Virus record (IMG/VR): IMGVR_UViG_3300020156_000036
Coordinates: 1-54,966 of that record
Reading direction: 5' to 3' (one strand)
Origin: a virus
Taxonomy: Duplodnaviria; Caudoviricetes
Length of the DNA stretch: 54,966 bases
The notes under the pieces are model-generated. The model made no database searches. It had not been told where the DNA came from and worked only from the letters and a program-made list of their open reading frames with translations. The stretch's first letter is position 1; each line of letters opens with the position of its first letter. This document shows positions 8,958 through 17,951 of this stretch, in pieces. The position numbers and the translations under genes were made by a program.

Positions 8958-9304
8958 GACAGATGTTCTCCGTTTTCGTTACCGCGTTCCCATGCCTTGA
9001 CCGCCGGCATGTGCTTCTCGAGCAGGCCGTCCTTCTTCAGGGCGCGATATTCCTTGTACAGAGCGCGGACGTCTTGGCCGGTCGCAGCCGCCCAGGCCCG
9101 TAGTTCGCTCGGGAGCGCGTTGGCGTACATGTCGAACTTGGCGTCGCCCGTCTCGAGCTTGGGCGCGGCCGGCCGGTTAGCGAAACCTGATCGCTTACGT
9201 GGAAGGTAGTCAGTCTTGGCGAGTCCGACAGAGACTCCAGCCTCGACTTGTGTGACCTGACCACCTTTGGCCAAGTATTGGGCGACAAGGTCTTGATCGG
9301 ACAT
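8954..9304 (-). CDS. Hypothetical protein
   Basis: ACGTGGAG SD and TTTACG-N17-TACTCT promoter. Confidence 0.7.
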   Translation of the reverse strand: MSDQDLVAQYLAKGGQVTQVEAGVSVGLAKTDYLPRKRSGFANRPAAPKLETGDAKFDMYANALPSELRAWAAATGQDVRALYKEYRALKKDGLLEKHMPAVKAWERGNENGEHLS

Positions 9305-9364
9305 CTGATACTCTCCACGTTTCTGAGGCTAGAGTATCACGAGTCGCGTCTTACGTAAATCGGC

Positions 9365-9829
9365 TTAAGTGAAGTTGCCGCGCAGAGCCTCGAGGACGAG
9401 TAGTTCCAAGGCGATGCGATCACGCCGAGTTCTCATGGTTTGATATCGCCTGGCTAACGGCTTCATAATCGCTTCAAGGTTCTCATCTTCCTTGATGATC
9501 TTGTCGCGAATCTTATCGGCAGCCTCAGCCGTCTGGACTGCACGACTGGCGATGTTCCACACCTGGCGCTGCTCTCGGTCAGGCCACATGTTGACATATT
9601 TCGCCATTCCACTCCTGACGGCCGTGTCTGTGGCTGGAACCTCGTAGATACAGCCGCTTTGAAACCGCGACTTCATCTTGCGATCAGGCTTGAACGCCAT
9701 CGGCTCACCAATCAGGCGCCACTCACCGTCTACTTCTTCACAACGTTGAAGACCGAGGCGCTGTTCGCCTTTCCAGTTAGCAGTGTAGCCAGTACACACG
9801 AAGAACTGGTTGGTAAAATCTTCAGACAT
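9365..9829 (-). CDS. Hypothetical protein
   Basis: 154-aa ORF coupled to the upstream gene. Confidence 0.7.
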   Translation of the reverse strand: MSEDFTNQFFVCTGYTANWKGEQRLGLQRCEEVDGEWRLIGEPMAFKPDRKMKSRFQSGCIYEVPATDTAVRSGMAKYVNMWPDREQRQVWNIASRAVQTAEAADKIRDKIIKEDENLEAIMKPLARRYQTMRTRRDRIALELLVLEALRGNFT

Positions 9830-10178
9830 GAGAAAGTTCCTCAGCTTGGGTCATGAGCCTGAGTGCAGCTTCAAAATGAGCGTAGCTCTTGGTCCAGCCA
9901 GTTTCACCGCCAATCACGGCTGTATAGTGCGCCCCCGTTTCTGGGCTATCAAAGCGCAGATACTTACGGGCTCGTTGAGCCAGGATGTGTGCCTTCGCTT
10001 CATGGTAAGTTGCCGAACGTGCCTGCGCACCGTCCCGCATCGGGCCGATGCCATTGCTGTACATGCAGGCCGTTGGCGGTCCCCAGTTAAGCTGAAATAG
10101 CTCGCTATGCTGCTCTTCTGTCAGGTTCACGTCAAGGCAAACCGTCAAGTCATGGTTGTAAAATCGAGCCTGACGCAT
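9822..10178 (-). CDS. Hypothetical protein
   Basis: Start at MRQARF after ACGTGGAG SD; TTTACA-N17-TACACT promoter. Confidence 0.7.
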   Translation of the reverse strand: MRQARFYNHDLTVCLDVNLTEEQHSELFQLNWGPPTACMYSNGIGPMRDGAQARSATYHEAKAHILAQRARKYLRFDSPETGAHYTAVIGGETGWTKSYAHFEAALRLMTQAEELSHV

Positions 10179-10237
10179 GACACACTCTCCACGTTTCTGA
10201 GAAGAGTGTATCGTGTCTTTCGCCACCTGTAAACAGG

Positions 10238-10492
10238 CTATTGCGACAAATGCCGTTCCCAATCTGCTCGCCAGCCTGAAGGACCGGTTGGCACCTCAAA
10301 GTAGGCTTGACGAATACGAACCCTGATTAAATCTCCACTGATTGGCTTTAAGCTCACCAGGTAAGCTACTGGGATTATCCAGTATAGGTCATGCCCGCGC
10401 CAAGGATGACGTAACGCAATAGTCTTCTCACGCAACTCAAGGTTACGCGCTGGCACTCGTAGCACAAAGGTGGCTGCGGCGTTAGTTGGCAT
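10238..10492 (-). CDS. Hypothetical protein
   Basis: Operon packing. Confidence 0.55.
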   Translation of the reverse strand: MPTNAAATFVLRVPARNLELREKTIALRHPWRGHDLYWIIPVAYLVSLKPISGDLIRVRIRQAYFEVPTGPSGWRADWERHLSQ

Positions 10493-10715
10493 GGATGCCG
10501 TTCAGGCTCGCCAGCACTTTTGGAATCATAAGCCCGATAACTTTGCCGCTGCTGTCGTGAACACTCACTGGAACTTCCATGTCACGAACCTGATAGCGGC
10601 CACGGTTGACGTGAAACCATCGGTTGTCTTGGCGATCGTGAACTCGGCGAATATCGTCGGCCCAGACCCAGATAACTTCACCGATGACGGGGTAAATGTC
10701 TTCGACGATAACCAC
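10482..10715 (-). CDS. Hypothetical protein
   Basis: GGAG SD, GTG start. Confidence 0.6.
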   Translation of the reverse strand: MVIVEDIYPVIGEVIWVWADDIRRVHDRQDNRWFHVNRGRYQVRDMEVPVSVHDSSGKVIGLMIPKVLASLNGIHAN

Positions 10716-10923
10716 GCGAATCTCCAGATATGATGAAGGGCCGTAGCCTATCGGAGACTACGACCCTTCAGAGCCGTCCTGGTTTCACAGTCGAGACCCT
10801 CCTCGCAGACGCACCGTGCGTCGCGATAACCTCAACATAGTCCAGGTGAACGGCCCTGTAAACCCCTCACGGCTTGGTGAAGTGTTGTTGAGGCCTTAGG
10901 CTCCAAAGACACTCAAACCGACA

Positions 10924-11010
10924 TTCCACGGTCAAGGGACGTGAGGTAGAGGGTTCAACGGGTGGTCCTCCTTAGGGCATATACATGTGGACCACCCGGA
11001 GGACCCTAGG
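10924..11010 (-). repeat. 87-bp dispersed element, copy A
   Basis: Collinear without gaps with 29560-29646 and 44236-44322. Confidence 0.85.
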
Positions 11011-11458
11011 AAATGCCAGCTTGCTGACGAGTCGGGAACTCATGGCGTCGATTTTTCCACGCTCTCCAGAATGCAGTGCCCATACCCTTATGAGGTGGCT
11101 CGATCGAATAGAAGTTGTCTTCAGCGAAGTAGACCCCGGTCGGAATGGAGAGTTCTTCGTCTTGGAGACCAGCGCCGCCGCTTAGTTCGAATGCCTCTCG
11201 TCGATTTTCAGCGAAGCCCTGGAGCAGAGCCTGCATCTGGTCGGTCTGTTGATTGAGCAGATCATTGAACTGTTCAGCTTCCTCGGGCGTAAGCTCGATC
11301 GCTCGGGGCTCAGCGACAAAGCTGTAGTCATCCTGAGCATTATGTTCGAACCAGGTTACGAAGACCCTGTCGTGCACCAAGCTGAAGCCGAAGATTGGTT
11401 CAGGCTGAACCAGCTCTTCCTTCTCCGGTACAGGTTCTACACCTTCATTCAAGTCCAT
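11006..11458 (-). CDS. Hypothetical acidic protein
   Basis: AGGAG SD before MDLNEG. Confidence 0.65.
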   Translation of the reverse strand: MDLNEGVEPVPEKEELVQPEPIFGFSLVHDRVFVTWFEHNAQDDYSFVAEPRAIELTPEEAEQFNDLLNQQTDQMQALLQGFAENRREAFELSGGAGLQDEELSIPTGVYFAEDNFYSIEPPHKGMGTAFWRAWKNRRHEFPTRQQAGIS

Positions 11459-11786
11459 CTGCCAGCTCCTCCTTGGTTTTGTGCGGATGCAGCCGACGCC
11501 AGTCGTCATACCGCATGGTATTCATAGCTTGGCGTAGTTCGTTATCATGTTGCCAGGCTTCAACGATTTCTGTGGCACTGAACAGCAAACCACCAGTCCT
11601 GGCTCGACGAACCAACTCGTCCATCTTAAAGGTCGGTGGTTCTTGGCCGACCCAGGTCTGGCGAACCTTGCGCTTCCACTCCTGGCAGCGATAGCAGGTT
11701 GGCACACCGTCTTCACGGCACACGGTGGGGCGGCCGCAGTCGCACGGTAGGAGGGGTGGCAGGGTGCCTGCAGTGCCGATAAGCAT
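11445..11786 (-). CDS. Hypothetical protein with Cys cluster (possible Zn ribbon)
   Basis: CDCG..C..CYRC. Confidence 0.6.
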   Translation of the reverse strand: MLIGTAGTLPPLLPCDCGRPTVCREDGVPTCYRCQEWKRKVRQTWVGQEPPTFKMDELVRRARTGGLLFSATEIVEAWQHDNELRQAMNTMRYDDWRRLHPHKTKEELADGLE

Positions 11787-11891
11787 CAGTAGTGTGCCGC
11801 TGCGATGTACTTGAGCTGCTGAACGATTTCAGCTAGGAAATAGACGCCAACTGACATGGTTCCCCACATCAGCCAGCGCCAGACGTCGTAG

Positions 11892-12212
11892 TCACGCTTC
11901 ATCGGTAGCCAGCTGCGCGTGGTGCAGGTCCATTTGGCCATAACCGAGTTCACCCATGGGGTACATCTTGTGGTCCCAGGGTCCGCCGGCAAGCCAGGAG
12001 AGGTGGCGGCGACCGGTGCCTTCGAGACGGATGCGCTTGCAGGTACGTCGACCAGTGAGGCGGTTCTCCCAGTATCCCCAGATGCCATAGCAGCCGACAT
12101 AGTCCCAGGTGAACTGAGAACGAACCCAGCGAATGAGGCCACGGTTGATGAGTGAGTCGAATGTGTTACTCACAGCAGCGACAGTGTTCAGAAAGTGATG
12201 GCGGACGTGCAT
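11892..12212 (-). CDS. Hypothetical protein
   Basis: ACGTGGAG SD and TTTACG-N17-TACAGT promoter. Confidence 0.65.
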   Translation of the reverse strand: MHVRHHFLNTVAAVSNTFDSLINRGLIRWVRSQFTWDYVGCYGIWGYWENRLTGRRTCKRIRLEGTGRRHLSWLAGGPWDHKMYPMGELGYGQMDLHHAQLATDEA

Positions 12213-12298
12213 CAGAAGTCTCCACGTTGATGTCTGAAGAGACTGTAACCTGAAAAAATGCGACCGTAAATCGGCTAGAGGAGTTTGACCTTGGAGAA

Positions 12299-12709
12299 CG
12301 GGAGGGAGATGCCGTTCACGAACTGTGGGTGCTTGACATGGCACCAGTCTTTGGTCGGGTGCCGCCAGTTAAGCGTGGCGGTGATCAGGAACTCAGGGTC
12401 CCAGGGTAAACGAAGGCGGACTTGCTGGCTCATCTAACTACCCACCCCGGTCGCACGCTGTATCACGTGGCCGGGGTCGGGTGTGCCTGCATTGCTTTCG
12501 CTGGAAGGTTCCAGCTGATCTGTGGCGACTAATCGTTCGGCAGGCTCCAAAGTAGCTGCAAGCAGCTCATGGTCTACTCGTCGATTGCCAGAGTCAAGAT
12601 CAATCTTGGCAGGTCTTGGTTCGCATGGAGACGGCAGTCACCGCCCCTGTGGCGTGTTTGGCGAAATGTGTACGGCCGCGCGACCAGCCTCAAGCGGGAC
12701 TCCCTCCCG
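12299..12709 (+). ncRNA. Candidate ~410-nt structured ncRNA with pseudoknot (RNA-2)
   Basis: Closing helix CGGGAGGGAG/CTCCCTCCCG; crossing helices 12310-12315/12631-12636 and 12377-12384/12638-12645; G-U pairs favour +; no convincing gene. Confidence 0.55.
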
Positions 12710-12847
12710 CACGGCGGAGGCCCATGTTTGTTTGCGCCGGCTCCGGCGGTGTTCGGCGATCATAGCGTGCTCGCTTCAACTGGCAGGACTGAATGTCCCG
12801 CGAACAAGAAGATTGTAGCACGTTAAGAGTGACTGTAAACAGGCCGA

Positions 12848-13114
12848 TTATTTCGGAGCCAGCTGTTGTACCAGGGTATGCAAGGTGCCAAGTACACCAC
12901 GCAGAATCTTCTTTTGTGTTTCTGACAAGCCTCGGTCACCAGGCTCCGTGGTCGTCTCATAGGTCGTAAAACGATGGCCGCAGTTGGCGCACTCGCGTCG
13001 ACGCCGCACGTAAGTGTCCTGAGGCCGACTGTCTACCGTAGAGCCTTTACGAGCACCACACTTAGCACAAGGTACTCCGACTGAGGTTCCACGTGGCCGA
13101 AAATGATCTGCCAT
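12848..13114 (-). CDS. NrdR-like N-terminal zinc-ribbon protein (no ATP cone)
   Basis: CAKCG..STVDSRP..VRRRRECANCGHRFTTYE. Confidence 0.85.
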   Translation of the reverse strand: MADHFRPRGTSVGVPCAKCGARKGSTVDSRPQDTYVRRRRECANCGHRFTTYETTTEPGDRGLSETQKKILRGVLGTLHTLVQQLAPK

Positions 13115-13120
13115 TAGGAT

Positions 13121-13411
13121 TCAGGACTCGCTCCTGATGATGCGACGGAACCTGTCAGGCTCAGCGAACTCGTCGTAAGGCCGCTGGTACTGCTCACGCG
13201 GATGCGGCCACAGGTGCTCATATGTGGCGAGCTGCTGGCCCTTTTGGACGTGAGGCCGGTTGCCCTTCCACTTGAGGTCCGAGTTTCGAAGACTGGTGAT
13301 CTCGAGGAGGCGGTAAATGCCGCCTCGTTTGTGGCGGTAAAGCTCGCCAGGCTCGTTGAGCGCTTCAGCCTCAGAAAGGAGGGACGAGGTCATCATCGTT
13401 TTACCGCTCAA
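13121..13411 (-). CDS. DUF1653-like protein
   Basis: GELYRHKRGGIYRLL...RPYDEF...RF pattern. Confidence 0.65.
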   Translation of the reverse strand: MSGKTMMTSSLLSEAEALNEPGELYRHKRGGIYRLLEITSLRNSDLKWKGNRPHVQKGQQLATYEHLWPHPREQYQRPYDEFAEPDRFRRIIRSES

Positions 13412-13543
13412 TGAAGCTTATGAAGATTTCTACAGGACCGATGATCATCCACCAGTTCTGCCAGCTTTTGCCAGCATCCAGTTGCCAGTCAAACGGTCTG
13501 ATGAACAAGCCGATTTCCAGATGCAGCGGGTTAGGGATATCCA

Positions 13544-13798
13544 TCACTTTTGTCTCCAGCGTTCAAACTCAGCACGAGCTTCGGCTTCGGTGAATGGTTC
13601 CGTGATCTGACGGTTAGGGTTTCCGTCGACGTAACCCACGACCTTGTAGTTCACGTCCCAGTGAAGGTCGAGTGAGTCTTCATCCTCGCCAGTCCAACAC
13701 ATGACATGCCAGCGATCGCCCTCGGCTTGCTTATGTAGCTCAAAGAGCTGAAACTGACCTGAGATGTCAGTGTGTTGGTGAGAGTCTATCAGAGCCAT
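13544..13798 (-). CDS. Hypothetical protein
   Basis: AGGA SD; operon packing. Confidence 0.6.
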   Translation of the reverse strand: MALIDSHQHTDISGQFQLFELHKQAEGDRWHVMCWTGEDEDSLDLHWDVNYKVVGYVDGNPNRQITEPFTEAEARAEFERWRQK

Positions 13799-13807
13799 GG
13801 CCGTTTC

Positions 13808-14200
13808 CTACAAGTCGAAATAGATATCGTCCTCGGTGCGTTCGACCAAGGAGCCGCCAGTGCGTTGACTGGTGTTGTCGCGAATAATCCATTTACCGTT
13901 ATCATAGGCAACAAGTCGACCATGATAATAACCCTCGTTAACTCCGGGTTCCGAGTTGTAACGCACCTTGTCGCCAACACGTAAAGGACGCTTGGTTACC
14001 TTCGCATCGAGAGGAGCGCGGAGCTCAGTATAACGGCTCACGTCGCTGAGATAGACTTCTGCGCCATACATTGGCTCAACGACAAGCCTGTCACCCTTGA
14101 TCTCAGTGACTCGGGCCTCGATCTGAATAATGTCGTTGACTCTGACCTTGTAGGTGTCGCCGACCACACCGGGGTGCGATTTATCTTGATGCAAAGTCAT
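13808..14200 (-). CDS. Hypothetical protein (two SH3/KOW-like beta repeats)
   Basis: VGDTYKV and LRVGDKVRY repeats. Confidence 0.6.
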   Translation of the reverse strand: MTLHQDKSHPGVVGDTYKVRVNDIIQIEARVTEIKGDRLVVEPMYGAEVYLSDVSRYTELRAPLDAKVTKRPLRVGDKVRYNSEPGVNEGYYHGRLVAYDNGKWIIRDNTSQRTGGSLVERTEDDIYFDL

Positions 14201-14201
14201 G

Positions 14202-14543
14202 TTAACCTACTAAGTGATTGGGCGGGCGGGGAATGAAACCGCTAACCGGTCGCCAGATGTGTAGGCAATACGGATGGCAGTTGATGTGCTCAGCTTCAGG
14301 GACATGGAGCTGCATACAGGTGTCGCTAGGCTCAAAGAAGCAGCGTTTCACCCACTCCATCTCTTCCCACGTAGGGCAACGGGTTTGGCAGGAGACAGAA
14401 ACGTGTTCCCAGCCTTCATCCGTCGAGGCGATTACCCTAAGGCGATCAGACTGCCAGGCTTTGAGCCCTAGCATATTTGGAATGGGTCTCCACAGAGACC
14501 TAGCGCTCATACCGGCGGCCATGATTGGGATTTCTCTCAACAT
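14202..14543 (-). CDS. Conserved phage protein (WEHVSVS..PTWEEM..HPYCLHIWRP family), probably leaderless
   Basis: Recognisable phage motif; TATACT -10 lies 6 nt upstream of the ATG. Confidence 0.75.
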   Translation of the reverse strand: MLREIPIMAAGMSARSLWRPIPNMLGLKAWQSDRLRVIASTDEGWEHVSVSCQTRCPTWEEMEWVKRCFFEPSDTCMQLHVPEAEHINCHPYCLHIWRPVSGFIPRPPNHLVG

Positions 14544-14583
14544 GTGGTCAGTATATCACGTCTAGAAGACAACGTGTAACGGC

Positions 14584-14620
14584 AAAACGAAAACGGCCGG
14601 CCCATCGCTGAGCCGGCCGT
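14584..14620 (-). terminator. Rho-independent terminator
   Basis: ACGGCCGGCTCA-GCGA-TGGGCCGGCCGT followed by TTTCGTTTT. Confidence 0.85.
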
Positions 14621-14647
14621 CCAGTCTGTGGAGACTGTGTTCAGCGA

Positions 14648-14908
14648 CTACTCGTCGCCGTCGCCGTCGCCGTCGTCGCCCAGCTCGCCATCGTCGCCGT
14701 CGTCGTCGCCCAGCTCGCCGTCGTCGCCCTGGTCGGTGTCGTCCACGGTGTCGGCCACCTGGGCCTGGTCTTCCGCCGGGGTGCCGCCGCCCGAGGTCGG
14801 TTCGTCCGCGCCGTCGTCGATCGTGGTGAGGCCATGGCCCTGGTCGCTGTTCATCATCAGGCAGGCGGCCAGCAGGCCGAACGCCAGCATTCCGTGGAGA
14901 TGCTTCAT
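14648..14908 (-). CDS. Exported or lipoprotein-like, very Asp/Gly-rich small protein
   Basis: MKHLHGMLAFGLLAAC signal/lipobox-like; GDDGELGDD repeats; own promoter and terminator. Confidence 0.7.
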   Translation of the reverse strand: MKHLHGMLAFGLLAACLMMNSDQGHGLTTIDDGADEPTSGGGTPAEDQAQVADTVDDTDQGDDGELGDDDGDDGELGDDGDGDGDE

Positions 14909-15005
14909 CGTCGTTGTTCCCTTGAGGGTGGTTGAACCGGAGTCGCTCCGGAGATTTGATAGTATCACGACGATTTTGGGAGGTAACTGGGCAAACGTTC
15001 GTTGC

Positions 15006-15146
15006 CTAGTTCATCTCGCTGAGCGTCTCCCGCAAAGCTTCAGCAGGGTCGGGCGAAGGCTCCTGAGTGTTCAAGAAGATAAGAACACCGATGAGGCATA
15101 ACGCTCCCAACAGTGCGGTTTGGATGATGGAAAGGGCGTGTTTCAT
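15006..15146 (-). CDS. Small membrane protein (46 aa)
   Basis: Manual translation MKHALSIIQTALLGALCLIGVLIFLN... Confidence 0.45.
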   Translation of the reverse strand: MKHALSIIQTALLGALCLIGVLIFLNTQEPSPDPAEALRETLSEMN

Positions 15147-15196
15147 GGAGGTGATTAGAGACTGCGAATCTTCAGCAGTACACCCTTACGGCTTGG

Positions 15197-15469
15197 TCAA
15201 TGTAGTCGACGTTGTAGTGGCCGAACCGTAATCAGGTCTGTCATAGGTTGGCAGTTCCTGAACGCGTAGAGCAAGGGCTCAGGGTCACCATTCAAGAACA
15301 CGCGAACCCACTCGATACGTCGGTTTGACGAGCAGCAGGCGTTGACGAAGAGGTTGTGTGCTTGCTGTTCATCTTTAGCAGGCATGCACTCAACGACTAC
15401 GCCGTTTCTGTCATAGGTCTGGACGTACAACCTAGAATGCTCCTGGATTGGCACGACGACCAGCCTCAA
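15197..15469 (-). CDS. Hypothetical protein
   Basis: ORF track; operon packing. Confidence 0.5.
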   Translation of the reverse strand: MRLVVVPIQEHSRLYVQTYDRNGVVVECMPAKDEQQAHNLFVNACCSSNRRIEWVRVFLNGDPEPLLYAFRNCQPMTDLITVRPLQRRLH

Positions 15470-15629
15470 TCTTGTTCTTGATTTCAGCTTCAGTAGCCGT
15501 CAGCCCACGCTCCTGCTGGAGAGTAGACAACCGCTCCATTGCTGCCGAGATGAACCGTCGCATCTCTGCGTCAGTAAAGTGCAGCGATCCCCGCACAGTG
15601 GTGATCGAGGCGTTATTGCGGTTGCGCAT
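15432..15629 (-). CDS. Hypothetical protein
   Basis: GGAG SD and TTTATG-N17-TATACT promoter. Confidence 0.65.
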   Translation of the reverse strand: MRNRNNASITTVRGSLHFTDAEMRRFISAAMERLSTLQQERGLTATEAEIKNKIEAGRRANPGAF

Positions 15630-15688
15630 GACAGTCTCCGTTGAACCTAAGGACAGTATATACTGCTTTCAGTTCACCATAAATAGGC

Positions 15689-17950
15689 TTAGAACGGCAC
15701 GCCGTCATCCTTGGAAATCGCTGCGGCTTGATCACCTTCGTCGTCTTGCCACGCTGTAGCGCCGCCTAGAACCTTATCGAACATCTCACGGCAGGCCTTT
15801 AGGGGCGGCAGCTCGTAACCCCAGGTTCGGACTGACTGGATTTGACCCAGATTGTCGAGTTGCTGAATGGTCATGCGCGAGCGCTTGAGCTCGCCACCAG
15901 GTACCAAGGCTGCAATCTCACGACCAAACTGGTTGTCAGCTACGCGCCGCCGCTCACCCCAGTCAGTGGCGCGCTTGATGTAAGCCTGGTAGAGGTGCTC
16001 GGTTGAAACTTTCTCAGGCCAACCCAATGTGGTGCGTGGCATGATCTCACCATCTCGCAGCCGTTCATACCAGAACCGCTGGACCGCGTCCATGGTGTGT
16101 ATCTTTTGGTCGACTAGTGCAGACGTGTTAGGGATGACTCCCACGTCCACCGTAGACAAGTCCAGGTGGAGTAGATGGTGGAGTAGACCCTCAAATCCCC
16201 CGTTCTTGAGCTGGTCCTCCATCGCTTTGAAATAGGCGCGGTTCTGTTTCTTACCTTCGCCCACATCCTGCACAAGGAATCGACGCTCGTCAAAAGCCGC
16301 TGGAACGATAAAGCCTTCGTTTGAACTGATCAGCAGCCGCATAAAGTTCTGGGTTTCGATAGAGTCCTTGCCTTTGAACTCAATGCGGTTCTTCTCAGAC
16401 GTCACCATGCCTTTAAGGCGACCAACGACTCGGGGGTCACCAGCGAAGAATGCTTCGTCAGCATGCAGCAGAAGGCAACTAGCTTGGTGGGAGTTGAACT
16501 GTCCCACGACATAGCGCGGGTCGTCCACCAAGATATAGTGCTGGGGCACCAGTGCACCGATGATCTTGCCGATGATCGTTTTACCTGTACCCTGCTTGCC
16601 ACGGAAACCGATTGATGTACCAGGCTTAATCTGAGGTTGCTGATACATCTGAGCAAACCATGCCCACAGCCAGTTGTTCAGCGACTCGTCACCCTGCGCG
16701 ACATTCTCGAACATGTGCTCCTTGAACAGTGAGAAGTCGCCATCCGGGTCAGGTTCATAGGCAAAGCCTCGCCACAGGTTGTAATCGCGCTTGATCACAC
16801 TGCCTGGTTTAAACGTAACGCCGTGGTAGGTACGACGCCGTTCCGACTTCATCCAGACATTGGGTGCTGGTTCTTCCTTGCGGCCCATCTGAACATAGCG
16901 GTTGCCGAACAGCATGCCGAAAGCCGTGGTCGACATGAACTGAATATCGACCTTGTTCGGGTGTTCCTCGTCAGGCTTTTCCCACAGCACAACTGTTTTA
17001 TCACCGACTAGGACGAGAGCGAACTGCTGGTTGTATTCAGAGACCAGGTCAAGTTGCTGCTCTTCGTAAAGCTGTGCAGTACGGACGAGGTAGATCGGGT
17101 CCAGTCCGACCGAGTCAGGGATAGTATCAGCCAGGTCCCAGCCCTCAGGCAAACCTGCTGGCAACTGCACAGTCTTTACGGTCCGAGCGCCCTCGCGCTT
17201 CAGGATTTCGCAAACTTGCGCTTGAGCCTTGTAACCAGGCTCATCGGCATCTGGCCAGAACACGACGTCTCTTCCAGCCAAGCCTGACCAGTCGACATAC
17301 TTGGCGGCTTTAGAGCCGCCTGGCCAGGTAACGACAAGGTATTCACCACCAAAGATGAGCTGAGCCGCGTCCGTCGTTTTTTCACCCTCAACAACTAGCA
17401 CAGGGGCTTCAGGGTATTCCTTCAGCAGGTTACCACGGTAAAGTGGCCTCGGTTTGACGAAACCTTTCCAGCACCAAGACTCCTTGGCAGAGTCAGCGTC
17501 GCGGCCCCAGCACATTGGCGCCAGTTCCTTGATCGTCTTGGTTCCGACGACTTTTTCAAAGCGACAGATAAAACCTACCAGTCGACCCTCAAGGTCACGG
17601 TACTCCCAGGTCTTTTCGGCCGGACCTAGTCGGGGATGGGTAAACGAGCCAGGTCTGCTGGCGTTGGCTGGTGCGAACTTCTGCGGGACCCAGTTACGAC
17701 GGGCTCTTGGCCAGAGGTCTTGGCGCTTGAGCGCGTCGATGACATCCTCTTGGCGACAGCCTGAATGACAGTGGACGAGTAGCCGTCCTCCGTTACCTTC
17801 ACTGACAGTAAGGCTGGGTCCTTTATCATTGTGAGCAGGACAGACAGTATTCCACGAGCCGTCGCCATTCTGAAACTCCTTGCCCTCGCCCAACGCATGG
17901 GCGATTGTCTCAGGTTTAATAACCTGCCCCGACTGCTGTGGTAATGCCAT
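15689..17950 (-). CDS. Primase-helicase (Zn-binding + TOPRIM + SF3/DUF5906-type helicase)
   Basis: CPAHND..SL..CHSGC; VEGEKTTDA and WPDADEPG; Walker A GKQGTGKT; ADEAF; DERRF. Confidence 0.9.
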   Translation of the reverse strand: MALPQQSGQVIKPETIAHALGEGKEFQNGDGSWNTVCPAHNDKGPSLTVSEGNGGRLLVHCHSGCRQEDVIDALKRQDLWPRARRNWVPQKFAPANASRPGSFTHPRLGPAEKTWEYRDLEGRLVGFICRFEKVVGTKTIKELAPMCWGRDADSAKESWCWKGFVKPRPLYRGNLLKEYPEAPVLVVEGEKTTDAAQLIFGGEYLVVTWPGGSKAAKYVDWSGLAGRDVVFWPDADEPGYKAQAQVCEILKREGARTVKTVQLPAGLPEGWDLADTIPDSVGLDPIYLVRTAQLYEEQQLDLVSEYNQQFALVLVGDKTVVLWEKPDEEHPNKVDIQFMSTTAFGMLFGNRYVQMGRKEEPAPNVWMKSERRRTYHGVTFKPGSVIKRDYNLWRGFAYEPDPDGDFSLFKEHMFENVAQGDESLNNWLWAWFAQMYQQPQIKPGTSIGFRGKQGTGKTIIGKIIGALVPQHYILVDDPRYVVGQFNSHQASCLLLHADEAFFAGDPRVVGRLKGMVTSEKNRIEFKGKDSIETQNFMRLLISSNEGFIVPAAFDERRFLVQDVGEGKKQNRAYFKAMEDQLKNGGFEGLLHHLLHLDLSTVDVGVIPNTSALVDQKIHTMDAVQRFWYERLRDGEIMPRTTLGWPEKVSTEHLYQAYIKRATDWGERRRVADNQFGREIAALVPGGELKRSRMTIQQLDNLGQIQSVRTWGYELPPLKACREMFDKVLGGATAWQDDEGDQAAAISKDDGVPF

Positions 17951-17951
17951 C

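Noticed and set aside
12390-12455. Possible fourth copy of the 87-bp element (CAGGGTCCCAGGGT...CCACCCC)
   Set aside because: Spacing differs and the CGTTGA and TTGAC blocks are missing.
14648-14730. GTCGCC-type repeats (and 3639-3707) as a CRISPR array
   Set aside because: Coding low-complexity or only two imperfect units; no repeat-spacer periodicity and no cas genes.
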